In this document: one piece after another, positions 49,192 to 62,022 of the stretch
Position numbering within the stretch: position 1 is the first letter of the stretch
How the letters are laid out: each line of letters begins with the position of its first letter
Assembly (NCBI GenBank): GCA_964187785.1
Contig: OZ076410.1
Coordinates: forward strand, 69,378,001-69,442,000
Reading direction: 5' to 3'
Origin: Amphiscolops sp. MND2022
Lineage: Eukaryota
DNA: 64,000 bases
Program-made: the position numbers and the translations under genes
Notes under the pieces: generated by a model
What the model was told of the DNA's origin: nothing
The model's input: the letters and a program-made list of their open reading frames with translations, nothing else
Database searches by the model: none

Positions 49192-50596
49192 GAAATAGTC
49201 AAAGACGACAGTCGACTGTTTAAAATAGTGGGAGCCTGATCAACTCTCACTTTAAACAAACAGAACTAGTTCAAAAAATTATTCACGACTTGAAACAGGA
49301 AATCCGGATTTAAACCTGTGGATAGTTGATGAAAACTGAAGTTCGAATCGGAACAGGACACTCAAGAGAGCCTATAATGATTGTGTGAAATCAAATCTTT
49401 GAACCTACGCACCATTTAATTAAATTGGGCGAAAAAAAATTGGGAAATACAAACCTTGTGTCGGCAGCTCGTTAATCTGTTCTCCAGTCTCGTTGCATTC
49501 CATGATGGAAAACGTCCATAACGGAAACTGATATAAAATCCAAAGTATAAAACTGGTAAAAGGGAATATTCAAAATGAAAATCGAGTTGATGAGACAGTA
49601 ACTATGACGAAAAGAAGAAAATGGGGAACACTGGTGAGAAAAGTCTTGAAGAAACAATAAAAATGGATATCTAAATGAAGATAATGGAAGAAAGAGACAA
49701 TTAACAATGGGCTGTTTGGGAATTTCTATATGACAAATACTGTTTGACGAAAATACTATCGATCAAAACTTTGAGACAAAGAAGCAGTAGAGCGTAAGTA
49801 TTACAGCAAGAGAGAAGGCGTGGCTATCAACACAAAGGCAATAAAGCAAATGAATGACGTGTTTCACAATGTACGCAAACCAGCTTAAATCTGATTGGCC
49901 GAGAGAGTGCATGTGGCTCGGAAGTATCTGCCAGTAAGACCAAGTTAATAATGCATTCGCTGCTAACTTGACTATGCGGAAAAGAACGATGAACAGCATA
50001 GTGCAGTAATAGAGTTAATAGGTAGAATTATGATGCATTATGATGAATTCAGTGTGCGGCTTATGATGCAAATGTCTACTTGTTTTCATATCATCTGTCA
50101 TATGCTGGAAATACGAATAAAGTTGTTACGTCAGAAGAAGTGAATAATGCTATGAAGGTGTGAAAACTTTCACTTTGATAAACCTGAATGAACCTATGAT
50201 ATATTTAATTATGAGCAATTAAAATTATTCAGACGGAATAAGAAGACGATAATCGAAACATAAGAGAAATTGAAAAAAAATTTTCAGGATCTGATGATTG
50301 TTTATATGACATTAACAATTTTACCGGTGCTATTTCCCCCATATCTCACGATAAATTACCTGAAAACCAGGGAAATGGGTAATTCGAGATATGTTTTGAT
50401 GCTATTTGTAAAAAAAACCCGTAACTCAATAAAAAACTATAAAATCTTATCATTCTGATCACAAATCTCCAAAAATTAGCCGCTTATTTTCCTCTCTCTC
50501 TCTCTCTCTTCGACAAATTCCTTGAGAATTTATTAATCATATTGTGTTAAATTTTCTTGAAACTTGACTGGAATCAAATAAACCCATTGTCAAACA

Positions 50597-51542
50597 ATGG
50601 AGAGTACACCACGAAACTCGATCCTCAATAGAGCTGATTCAATGAACCCTGCATTGGACCTAATCAATATCTCAAGTAGTTCGGGGGAAGAATTCATGGT
50701 GGAGCCCTCTCAGTGAACGATCTCGATGAAAGATTTAGATCTGCCCCATACCCTTTGACAGACATGTCAACAGCCTTTATGGGAGCAGCAGGAGCAGTGT
50801 TATTCCCTAGTAGCACCGATCCACAAGCAGGAGATGGTCAACAAATTGATACTAGGAACTCCCGTATCGAAAATGAACTGATGGACCTCACGGATGACGT
50901 ATCTAATATATCCTCCCTGACCTTCATCGGATCATCAGAAGAAGAAGACAATCCGTTCCTTGGTGCCAATTTCGGTAATGTAGATCAGGCTGAAAGAAAC
51001 AGCTATGGTCGACCAGTCCAAAGGGTGCAACCTATGGTCAGAACCCCCCGAGTAACAAGAGCAACAGTGAATCCCCCGCTCGTACCAAGTAGCAGGAGTG
51101 CTTTCTCAGTGGTAATACCCGAACAAAGGAGAGCTCCAGAAAACCAAACACACCCACCGATGCAAGCTAATTACTTGCCTATGCCCGTTCCATTTTACCC
51201 CAATATTTGGAACAATATTACACATCCTCAACAAAATTTCACGGTCAAGTTCAAGTTCAACCTCAGGGGCCACCTAACGGGCTCATATTGCAGATGAACC
51301 CTCCAGTAATGCCTGAAGTGGCCGGGTTTTGTGCTGGCTGTTCCAAAACTTGTGACCAAATTGCTGTCGAGACGCTCACCCACTATGTTGCGTGGTCCGA
51401 ATATCCAGACGAAACAATTCGCGATCGCAATGTGAGGTCAAGTGCATTTGTTGATGGATTTGGAGCAGTGCTGATCTGCTTCAAAAATGTTGGACTGTCG
51501 CCGGCTTACCCGTGCGAGATGTCCGGAGTGCAACATCGATGA
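50597..51542 (+). pseudogene. ORF3 of element F: sense ORF (~315 aa, two frameshifts) ending inside the 3' LTR; unknown function
   Basis: ATG 50597 (MESTPRN...), ORF 50713-51297, ORF 51207-51542 with FCAGCSKTC and a C-terminus LSPAYPCEMSGVQHR encoded by the LTR start. Confidence 0.65.
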
Positions 51543-53286
51543 AGCAGTCAAAGCTGCTTGCCCATCATGATGGCTGTATACCCGAATATGGACAAGAACT
51601 TGATAAACATTTCAAACTTTCAACTTAAACAATGCTTGTTATTGTTCGTTTGATAAAATGTTGCTTTTAATTGTACATTTCATCTAAAACGATGATTGTT
51701 GAACGTCGTTATTGTTGTTATTGTTTCACCCATAGGGTGCGTTGATCAATTGAAAACAACTGGAAAGGTAACGCCAAAGTTATCAAAACAGTGCTAAATC
51801 TTTGATTTGTCGTCTTAAATGATAGGAAGGAATCAAATTCAATGGTCCCATATATCTTTGCTACATTAAATCATTTGTAGTTCATTCATGAGGAAAACAA
51901 TCAAAAAAAGCATGATGATCCACTTAAAAATCAGCATAATGATTTCGTAAGTTTATTTGATACTGATTATGCGGCATTATGCAGTTTTAATAAAACAGCA
52001 CATGCGGTTTTGTTAAAGAAACAGCATAATGATCATGTACGCAGTTTAGTTTATACCTTGTATTGCATTATGCGGAAATTCAGTAGAAACAGCATGATGA
52101 CTTGAGCTAAAAACAGCATATGCGGAAATCTAGCAGAAACAGCATGATGGTTCAGATTGGAAACAGCAAATGCGGAAACCCCGTGGAAACAGTATGACGT
52201 TTCATTATAGGAATAGCATATGCGGAAATTTGACAGAAACAGTATGACGTTTTAACTTAAAAACAGTATAAAGACTCTTATTTCAGTTGATAAAGTTATA
52301 CTGAATTATGAGGTTTTCATGAGACAGCATATACTGCATTCTGATGTAAAACAGCATAATTTGCAGGATTTTCAGTGTTACGATGTTGTAAGTCACAGTG
52401 CTATATTTAGACCTTCCAGGAGTCTGACGCAATATTATATTTTTAACATTTCACCCTAGAAACATGACGTTATGATGATTTGCATAAAATTGAAAGTCAT
52501 GTAACTAAAAATACCACCCAATAGAATCAGTTGGAGGAGGACCATCAAAAAATCATTCATCTAACCATCATTCGAGAAATATCGCACATTCAGAGCAGTC
52601 ACTCCTTTTCACAAACAACTCACAACCCACAAACTTCACAGTTTCCTTCCTCTGTAAAAATAACTTCCACAGTTTCATTTTGCCAAAATATCTTTGTAAT
52701 CCAAAGAGTTTCGCACCTAACATTGTTTTCATGGGAAACAAGAGAAATAGACGATCAAGGAGAGTAGAGTCCCAATCATCAGACAGAGACGAAAATACTT
52801 CAGAAACAAGCTTCACTCAAGGTAATGCGACTTTAGTTTTTGTTTCTGAAAATGTTAATAATGTTCTTGACAGGAACTTAGGCAGCGAACTAACAGAACT
52901 TTCTCAGATAAGCATAAGATAGAAGTTATTTCGCAAAGACTAACAGAACAGAACAACGACAAAATGTCACAGATTGAGGAGCAACTAAATAACAAATTCG
53001 AAGAGATACTTAAGGAGGTTAGAACAAACAAAAACCACATTGTAATAACTGATGAAGAGGATGCCGAGAATAATCAGCCCGGTCCTTCTAACCATAGAAA
53101 TAAGGGTCTCAGGAACAAACACATCAAGTACAACATCAGATAAAAATAAGAATCAGGATGACCGGTTCTATCCGTCTGAAATGAGTGAATTAAGACAACC
53201 GTACACTCCTCTTGGGATTGCTGAAGACACTTTAGACGAAACCATCATCATAAATGAAAACAGACAGGAAAGGGCCGAACATCACA
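51496..53286 (+). repeat. 3' LTR of element F (1791 bp)
   Basis: TGTCGCCGGC...AACATCACA followed by ACGTT. Confidence 0.95.
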
Positions 53287-53305
53287 ACGTTGTTACTTTT
53301 TGCAG

Positions 53306-54461
53306 GGCTGTCAGATGATTCTGATGATGCAGATTTTATGGCCATTTTTTCAACACAAAACGTTGGTGCGCAGCACAGCAAACGACTGAGACGAGTGATG
53401 CAAGATGAGTCAGCAAAGAGAGTTCGCACTGTTGACTTGAGTTCAGACGACAACATGTTCGGTGAGCGCTGTGAAGTTTTTTGTAGATCTGCTGAAGGTA
53501 GGCGTTTCATTCCGTTCATGTCATTCTCGGTGCTCAGTCATGTGTTGTCATTGTCTGTTTCTTTTATCTCAGACTCCTATTAAGAGGATTAGGTGCGATC
53601 GGACGCAACATGGTCGCACGGCTGGAGGACTGGAGCGGTATGTGTTGCATAATGGAGGGGATATCGGTAAAGACATTTTTCTTATCTGGAATGACATTAA
53701 CATTAACATTTCGTGTGTAAATGCTGTGGTCTTCAACTTGCATCTTAGCATGTGTCGTTGGACTTCATGACACTGTCCTATTTAGCAGGACTATCTGAGG
53801 TACCAAAAGGGACCATGTGCTTATCTTCGAGTCAAATACTGCCTTCTAGACAAGCACTGTGCGTCTTGATCGTTTTCAATCTCGGCTCGAAGAACGGCCT
53901 TTGTCTCACCGTAAGTCGTTCACCTTGTGTTGTCTTGGCTATTTTGTTTGGTTCTAGGGCTGGTTCTGTGTTTATCGTTCTGTTCTATCCTGTTTTCATC
54001 GTTGATTGTTGAAGTTTGTAGATTATTTGAGTTGGATATCCACTTAATTTCTTTCCTGGTAAGATATGGACGAGATTCTGCGGTTGCTGGAGTCAGAGGG
54101 CATTCAGATGCAATACGTTCAGACCCAAATGAGTGCCGAGGAGAGGACCAAAGGTATGCGGTATATTAAAAACGAGAGAAGGAAAAAAGACTCTTACGTA
54201 AAGAGATGGCAGAACATCCGGCCTCCAGTTCTTTGTCTACCAGCAGTCGGAAACAAACCCAAACGGGTTCGATTGTGTGTCTACCAGAAAGATGTCTCGT
54301 TTCTTAGTCGCGGGGAGCCCGCGATTTGGCACCACTTCAGTATTGAAATTCCATATTTGAAGGAACGACGTCATAGACTGGATCATGGAGACGTAGTGTT
54401 CACTTCTCGGATTCACAATCAAAATGGCGTGCTGAAATCGAAGACCAAATCCGCGCTGTGA
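53306..54461 (+). pseudogene. Downstream exons of the element E antisense gene (truncated by internal deletion)
   Basis: Acceptor tttttgcag at 53305, then LSDDSDDADF; RTQHGRTAGGLERYVLHN; donors at 53667 and 53911; decayed finger CVYQKDVSFLSRGEPAIWHHFS. Confidence 0.75.
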
Positions 54462-54699
54462 TCCGCGTTGAGTCGAATCCCCGTGAAGCCAATTCAGAGA
54501 CCGAAGTAATATTGAGTGGACCGTAATCGTTAATCAGACTTAACAACCCCGTGTTCATCGCCGAGTCCACACTTGGTGCAAGGACTTGTACTTCAGCTTC
54601 CTTTTTCGTGAGAATGATGGAAACTTCTCGGGAGAGCAGTTTTGACACGGTTGTTCGCGTGCGGGTGAAGTGCGTAACAGTAGTCATTGATCCCCAATG

Positions 54700-57130
54700 G
54701 GTGAGCGGATCCTTCTTGTGGTAGTAACATTTATACCGTATGTATGACTGTAGGAATTTATCATTCACCGCTTCATGGATGAGGCGGTTCTTCTGGAGAA
54801 CGTCTTTTCCTGCATCTCTGATCGGTGAATTGTCCTGACTTGGTTTGATTCCGTATTCCAAGTCCACTATTTTGTAGGGTATCTTGTCGTGGAAAACCCT
54901 ACTGTGGTCGCAATCAGGCACCGACGTGACTGTGGCTGTTGTTTCCGTTTGAGATGTCGTCAAATGGGAGGAAATTTTTTTGAAGGGCGTCTTCGGGACC
55001 CCCTGCAAACTTGGAGGGGGTCAGGCATTTTAAATTCGTAACGCGAAAACATCTTGAATGCAAATGCATCCTTAAGCTACACCTTCTTGGCTGACGTCAG
55101 CTTCTCTTCGCCGGTTTCCTCGACAATGAGGGCGTAGGCGGAATTTTTGAAGTTCGCGTCTGTCAATAGGACGTATTGTGTTTGTGTAGTGACTGCTTCA
55201 GCCGTAGGCCACATGCGTTGTCCAACGATTTGTTGTTGCTTTAAATGTTGGTAACAATTTCGTCTTTTATCTTGACTGGTTTGTCTGTCTTCACTAGGTC
55301 ATGAAGCAGTGCGATTATCTCGGAAAACCTGTTGTTGTTATTTTGGTGATAAATTATCAGCCCGATGCACCTCTGGAGGCCCTTCTTTGTATTCGTATAC
55401 GACAGTTTCTGCGGGTAGTTCAGAATCTTGTGGGTTTAGGGGATATCCCGTTTGGTGACACAACCCTTCCGAGGAAATGGACTTCCTTGGCATCGAAACG
55501 GCACTTGGCCATTGTCAGACGCAGTTCTGCTTCTCTGACGCACTGGAAGATCTCATGCAGTTTGATCTTCATTTCCTCAGCATTATGGGGAGCAATTCCG
55601 ATGTCATCAACATATTGGGCACAATTTTCGGTCTTGATGACTCGATCGAGGTAATAAAGCTAAAGAAAGAGGATTGAGACATAAAGAGCCTTTGTGCGAG
55701 TCGCAGGTATGCACATGTCCGACTGGCGAAGTTTAATGCCGAAAGTTTCACCGCTTTTCGGACCGCCCTTTGCAGGACGTGGATTGCTTCCAAACAGTCA
55801 AGTTACCAAACAAATACCGTTTTGTGTGCCGCGTCCTACAACGTGCTTACTGGTTGATTGTTGTTTGTGTAACCATCGGCAATCAGGTTTATTTTCCGCA
55901 GGTCCACAAACAGTCGGAGTCATCCGGTCGGTTTCCTTTGGGCGAAAATGGGACTAGCATACTTGCTGAATGGTAGAGTTGTAAAGAAGCCGTAGAAGTG
56001 CATCAGGGCCAGTTCCACTGTGAGGTCCTCCTTGAGGTTAACTGAGCAGAGAAGTCTGCGTGCGAACTCTCCGATCATGTTGTGGTGTTCGTTCAATTTT
56101 GAAATCGTGGTTGATGCCGATACCCAGTCGTTATTTCAACGTTAAACATATCATTGTCTTCGATGTCGCTGCGGTCCTTCTCGCTCAATTGGGTGTCTTC
56201 CCGTTTAAAATTGGTCAGAAACGTTTGTCTGTATCTGACTAGTTTTTGGGTCCAGTAACTGGGTCGTTTCCAATTCTTCAATTTCCCACAAGATTCGACA
56301 CTGTATCGGTGTATGAACTGTAGAGTTTCCCGGGTTGTCGGCTGCTGGAAATCAGAAGTTCTGTGTTGTTTGTGGTTTCTCAGTGGATTTCAGGAGGTCA
56401 GTCCATATTCTGGCATTAGTTCTGAGTCGTCATCTGCCAGAACTGTGAGGGCCGCCGAAATAAGTAGGCGCAATAGTTCTGCCTCCTGGGAAGCCAGGGT
56501 GTTATATTCAGCTACATCTGTCTTTTTCTTTTCTAAATATGTGTTTGGTGACGTGTTAGTTATGCGGAGCGTAAATTTTGAGTTGGTAGCTGTTGAAATG
56601 GATTTTGCTAGCACAATCTGGTTTTCTCCAGTGTACGGTTCTGTTGGGTAAACTATGCCAGTTGTGCAGGTGATCGTTCGGAGGTTGGTCTAACCTCTGT
56701 TATGGTGCACTGGTCCGGCAGTACCGCCAAGTGGTTTCTGTTTGAGACCTAGTGACCTCCGAGTGCGGCCTCAATGTTGTCCCATGTAATGGCGTAGGTT
56801 AAGTGAGGAAACTGGAGTAGCGCCTGACTGACGTCCGTTATTGCGCAGTTGTTCCTAAAGAAAGTTAGTCCAAGGATTGGTTCGATTATCTTTGCGCGGA
56901 CTATAATTGTTTCTTCAAAGGTCCTTTCACGTATCTCGAACTGTAGTGGGACTGTTTGGGTGGGGGCCTCTATGTGGCCATTTGTCACCTGAAGTTTAAA
57001 CGTTGGGGTCTACACTACATTTGAAATATTGTCTGCAATTCTGGATTAGATCTTGTTGAAATTGATCTCATGCAAACAGCTTACTAAGGCTCCTGAAACT
57101 ATTAGGGCGTCCATAGACAAGTTGCTGAAA
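54700..57130 (-). pseudogene. pol: pol remnant of element E with internal deletions
   Basis: Protease region QFEIRERTFEETIIV, dUTPase-like LRITNTSP, RT ALNFASRTCAYLRLAQ, RNase H VLLTDANFKN, then a jump near 55020 to integrase C-terminus SRVFHDKIPY...QSYIRYKCYY. Confidence 0.85.
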
Positions 57131-57899
57131 TCCATGGATGCGTATTGCTTTTTCCGATTCTTTTTCAGGGTGATTGCTGAAAGATTGGGATGCATGGTTC
57201 ATACGTTGTTGGAATTTAGAATGTGTATTCATTGAGTTGCTTAACTGTGTAGAGCCAGTCAGCGTCTTTTCCTTCCTCTGGAAATGTGGGAATTGGTTAT
57301 TGTTTTGCCTGTCTTTGTGGAGGTAGTGGTGGTTGAATTTTTTGCACGTCACTGGGTTTTTGTTTCGGCGGGTTCTCTTGCTTGCCTTTGGAGTGATGTT
57401 TCAGATATGTCCCTGTTTTGTTGTCGTTCGTAAGTTATGGTGTTCTGTGGTCTCCGAACTGGATGGAGACACTGCCTTAGCTACTCTGATCTCATTAGTT
57501 ATTGCTGGAAAGTTTTGGGGTGACTGGACGGTAGCTTGTTGTCTTGTGTTGTCGTTCTTGTGTCGTTCGGTTGAAGTTGTTCTTTTCGCACAATCTGGGA
57601 AAGGCATTTTGGTCGGCTGTTTAGTTATTGGTTTCTCGGCATCATATATGATCGGGTTAAGGTAGGGGTCGCAGTCGTAGTCGAGTCGCAGATGCATCTA
57701 TCGGGGTGGTATTGGGTAGGGGAGGTCATCTAGTGGAACTACGTGAAGTCGTGTTTTCGACGTACCAGCCATTGTAAGGTAGTTTGTCTGTAGTGTTTTT
57801 ATTATATTTACAGTCTTTTATAGTGTTCTGATGCTGGCAGTTGGTTTTCTGGCAGTTTCGTACGAGGTGGTCCGGATTGTCGCTGCCAATCTTTTCGTG

Positions 57900-59053
57900 C
57901 TTTATCTGGTCTTTGCTGTTGTTTCGTGGCCATTTCAGTGCAAAGGCAAGCTATTTTGCTGCTTGTCGTGGAATCCGGGACACGAAAATTCAGTTGCTTG
58001 TCCGTGGCATGCTTGTCCGTGGAATCCGGGATTTTTGACGTTATTTGCTGATTTTGCACGGTTAAAGGTATGGTCGTGGAATCCGAGGTATTGAAAGCAC
58101 AAAATTCTGCTTTGAGCAAATTTAGCTTGCCTATGCACTCTATTGGCCATGTTCTTGATGCCGGTTTTTGGTTGGTTCTGGGGCCGCCAGGCCGTTTAGT
58201 TCTATTTTTCTTTCGAATTGCTGGAACATTGTTTCGTATGAAGTAGTTTCAAGGAGCACTTGCATAAAGACACTTTTCGGGCGATGCAGCAACTTTGCGT
58301 TGAAAGATGTCTCGATGTCTTTCGGGGCATCGTCTGCTTTTGCTTCCAGTGCAAGTTTATCGTGAAGTTCGAGGAAATCTTCAAATGTTTTGGTCTTTAG
58401 GTCTCCTATATGATCTTGCTGTTATCTGGTACTGATTGAGTCGTGACATACTTTCTGCGGAAGCCTGCTATTGTGTCTCTGAGATTTACCCTGTTGGTTT
58501 CCGTCAAAATGCGAAAGGTTTGAAGCGCATCTCTCCAAATACCTGAGTGAATATAATGACTTTTCGCCTCTTCGGAGATGTGTGGGGAGACTTTTAGACA
58601 GGTCTAAAACAAATCTTCGGACTGTTCAAACTATTACGTCTTGCCATCAAATGTGGGCATAGTGGGGGAGAGCACCATCGCAAGATGGAGCAGACCATCG
58701 TTTTGCGTGTTGGTAGCGTAGAGAGATTCTAGTAGTTTGTCGACGCTTTCGCCTGAGTGCCTCTAGTTTGGAGGCGGCAAACTTGATAAGCGAATTTGGG
58801 CTGAAGTGTTGGTATCACTGGTAGCTCCTGTCACCATGTCGTAAATGACTTGTTGAGTTACTTCTTGAACATCTTCTAATTCGTGGGCGTTTCCCACTGA
58901 TGAATCTTCTGAATTAACTCCAGGATTTGAACTGCAGGGTCCTAAATTACTGCAGGATACGACTTTGGACAAAAATATTTCGATTAGTCCCAAACAATAT
59001 TTCACGTTGTTCGAGTTCGACGTATTTGAGCGTTCAGAGACCTTGGTTTCCAT
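57900..59053 (-). pseudogene. gag: gag remnant of element E, beginning inside the LTR
   Basis: QVIYD|MVTGAT read-through of LTR and PBS; PTMPTFDGKT, DFLELHDKLA and ERKIELNGL fragments. Confidence 0.75.
58819..58836 (-). promoter_or_regulatory. Primer-binding site of element E (TGGTGACAGGAGCTACCA)
   Basis: Abuts the LTR CA end at 58837. Confidence 0.85.
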
Positions 59054-59637
59054 CTTAATAATTGTGTCTTCAAAATCTCCCTCAGAATAACTTGAGTTTT
59101 CAGTTACTTCTTGGTCGTCGTTCTCAATACTAGCCTGTTCGGGCAGTCTCTCCCTAATCTCTGGTTGCTAGCTTTCAGGGGCATTCTGGTCTATCGAAAC
59201 GATATAGGCGAGGTAATACTTGAAGTAGAGTTTCACTTCCACTTTCTAATTTTTTCAATAGCTTCCAGAAGACTACTCAGATTTTTCTCTTCAATAGCAA
59301 CGTAGTAAAATAGATGAAGAACTCGAGAAGGAAATCAGAATGTTTATACAAGTTGAATAAACACAGTAACGAAGATCATTGATTCCGATCAGGAAGATCC
59401 AGGTTGATTGCTAAAATCAGTATGGTATATGGTACAACACTAGTCAAAAGAAAACCAAAATTGTGTGTCCCTAATCCCGCATCAGTTATATATACTCTCC
59501 GCTAGACACGCGGGATAATTCCCACGCGTAAACTAAATGTTTGTTCAGCTCAGCGTCCTTCCGAGTTGAGGATTTCCAAATTAGGTAGTCATCCTTATGA
59601 TTCAGCTTCCCACTTCATCTCCCTTTCAAGGAAAAAA
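58837..59637 (-). repeat. 5' LTR of element E (partial, cut by N gap)
   Basis: Homologous to 33819-34600 and 17100-17800; TATA-like gtatatataac near 59490 on -. Confidence 0.85.
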
Positions 59638-59837
59638 NNNNNNNNNNNNNNNNNNNNNNNNNNNNNNNNNNNNNNNNNNNNNNNNNNNNNNNNNNNNNNN
59701 NNNNNNNNNNNNNNNNNNNNNNNNNNNNNNNNNNNNNNNNNNNNNNNNNNNNNNNNNNNNNNNNNNNNNNNNNNNNNNNNNNNNNNNNNNNNNNNNNNNN
59801 NNNNNNNNNNNNNNNNNNNNNNNNNNNNNNNNNNNNN
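59638..59837. other. Assembly gap (200 N)
   Basis: Read directly from sequence. Confidence 1.
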
Positions 59838-60774
59838 ATGGTCCTGGAGGGTCTAGTATCAAATGAGAAACACATTGTTTATTCTAGAAACTTTCATATT
59901 TTGAGTGAATTGGGAATTAATACTTACCAAAGGAAATGTTCTGACGTTGAGTCAGTGGGGTCTTTGCGGAGATTAATACTCTACGAAGTGGTGGGGCTGT
60001 ATGAGGCTGTGGAACAACTTGCTGGTGATTCCTTTGGGTGATTCCTTTGACTTTGACTAAAGCAAAATGAAAGTAAAAAACGTTTTTTCCCTCGAAACAA
60101 ACTGGGTTCTCTGTGTTTGTTTTTCCCTGCGATCTATCTTTGTTAAAAATACACTCCTTGGGAATAATTAAGCGAGAAAATAATTGCAAATTTTCAGTGC
60201 ATTTTTTGAAAGAAAGCGACCAAACATTGCGATCGAACTTTCCATCAAAATCAAAAGAAATCAATTACTTTTCTATTATCTTTTCATTTCATATCTGCTT
60301 TCATTGTTCTTGATGAACTGCAAAACGAATAAAATTTGTAGTTTTTCCGAAATCTGTGGTTAAACTTGGAATAATAGAAATTGAAGAACAACCATTTTGG
60401 ATTGTCAAAGTTTTTGGGCTCAATAAAATTGGCTCAGACTTTTTTATTCTCTGTCCAGTGGAAACCTTTCCAAATCTTTTTTGAAACTGCTTTCGTTCTT
60501 ATGGTATTTCATTTTTTTTCAGGAATCCATTTGACCCAAGATCGAACCCAATTGTTGAAAGCGACGTCAAAATCGGTTTGACACTAATTGTTCAACCAAA
60601 AAAACTGTTTCCGTTAACAAATTTTTCAACTTTGCATTGGAATTATCTGGGACTTATTTCGGCTGCAAAAAAAGTAGGGCGTCTTCTGATATTCGACTTT
60701 AGACACCAGTGTTCAATTTGGAACGGTTGGAAAAGAAGTTCGACACTGAGCACTGCCGATGAATCGATGTTCTT

Positions 60775-60980
60775 GATACGCGACGCTGATACGAGACTCT
60801 TTTTAGCCAATAGAAGTCACCCCGTCACGTTGGAACAGTCGTGTAGTCGATCTTGACGCTTATACTTTATATAAATTAGCCAATAAAAACTATCTGCGGT
60901 GGGAGCCGTTAACTTTTTGATACGCGACGCTGAATAACTGATTGGACAAAACAATGTTTTTCATACGCGATGCTGATAAT
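60775..60980. repeat. Three copies of (G/C)ATACGCGA(C/T)GCTGA(T/A)
   Basis: Copies near 60775, 60920 and 60962. Confidence 0.7.
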
Positions 60981-62022
60981 CGAATTTAGTGTAGTTATGA
61001 ACTGGACATTAGAGAAGTTTCATGTGAGTGCATAAGATGAAAAATATTGTGAAACATTCAAAAAGTAATTGTTTTGATTATGTTTGCTATTGTTGAAATG
61101 AACAGCGTTTCGACATACAAGTGGAGCCAAAGCATTTTCATTTCCAATATTTCAAGTAAATCAATGAAGTTATTACCTTCATTCCAGGAGAAACTATAGG
61201 TTAAACAGAAAATGCAAAGCTGTGATGGTACTAATTTGGGTGTGTTTTGCGTTAATACTTTCAACCCCGCCCCTCCCCGAAGAAACATTTTCCACGACAA
61301 AAATCCGCTTACTGTGGACAATTTTAGCAAAAAATCTTTGAAAAAACTGCAAATTTTTTATCCCTGAATTACATAATGTCTGTGAGATTTTGTTCTAGGG
61401 CAAACATATAAAAACATATAGGATCTTACTAATTAGAGTTAGGGATAAACTTGCATTGACGCTTCTATAAATTCTGACATTTTTTCTAACTTCAATGAAC
61501 CAAATTTGAAAACTCAAAAAGCGAATTTTTTTGATACATTTTGTAAATAATGAATTGAAGTTCCACGATTCCACCCACGATTGAAACCACAATAATTGCA
61601 TTTCCAATTTAAGTAATTCAAGCAAAATTTCCTTCCTTCAATTTTAGTCCAGTTGAAAAGAACTTAATCCCTATTTAAAGATGTAAAAACGAGAAGCCCA
61701 CAATTTTGCGGAACTTGAGTTATTAGTTGAGACTTTTTTGTGGTAGTTGTTTTATTTACCATCTCGCCTATTAAGTTCAATATCGACGAATTGAAATGTG
61801 AGTGGGAATTGTGACGCTAAAACTTACACCCATATGATTGGTTAATATGCACTTCGTGGAATCCATATCATGAATATGTCTTCGTGCTGTCGTCATTATT
61901 CTGGTCCCCGATTCCGGAAACTTAAATCTGCTAACGTATCAACGTAATACACCTTGCCCTCGGATCCCGAAAAAGGCCAAATTTCATGACGTGCTTTCGG
62001 CAAAATCGGTTCTGATTGGCGA

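Larger units (their letters stand above)
36589..53286 (+). mobile_element. Element F: full-length 16.7-kb Gypsy LTR retrotransposon with antisense gene and ORF3
   Basis: 1.8-kb direct repeats with TG...CA ends, ACGTT duplication at 36584-36588 and 53287-53291, PBS, gag, pol (PR-RT-RH-IN). Confidence 0.95.
33819..59637 (-). mobile_element. Element E: old Gypsy LTR retrotransposon hosting element F; 5' LTR runs into an assembly gap
   Basis: Related LTR copies at 33819 and 58837 (both begin tgtcgtaaatgacttgtt on +); PBS at 58819-58836; gag/pol remnants on -; antisense gene exons flank F. Pairing of the two LTRs is inferred (roughly 70-75% alike by eye). Confidence 0.7.

Noticed and set aside
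36589-53286. DIRS/Ngaro tyrosine-recombinase element
   Set aside because: Direct LTRs with TG...CA, a 5-bp TSD and a DDE-type integrase; no tyrosine recombinase motifs seen.
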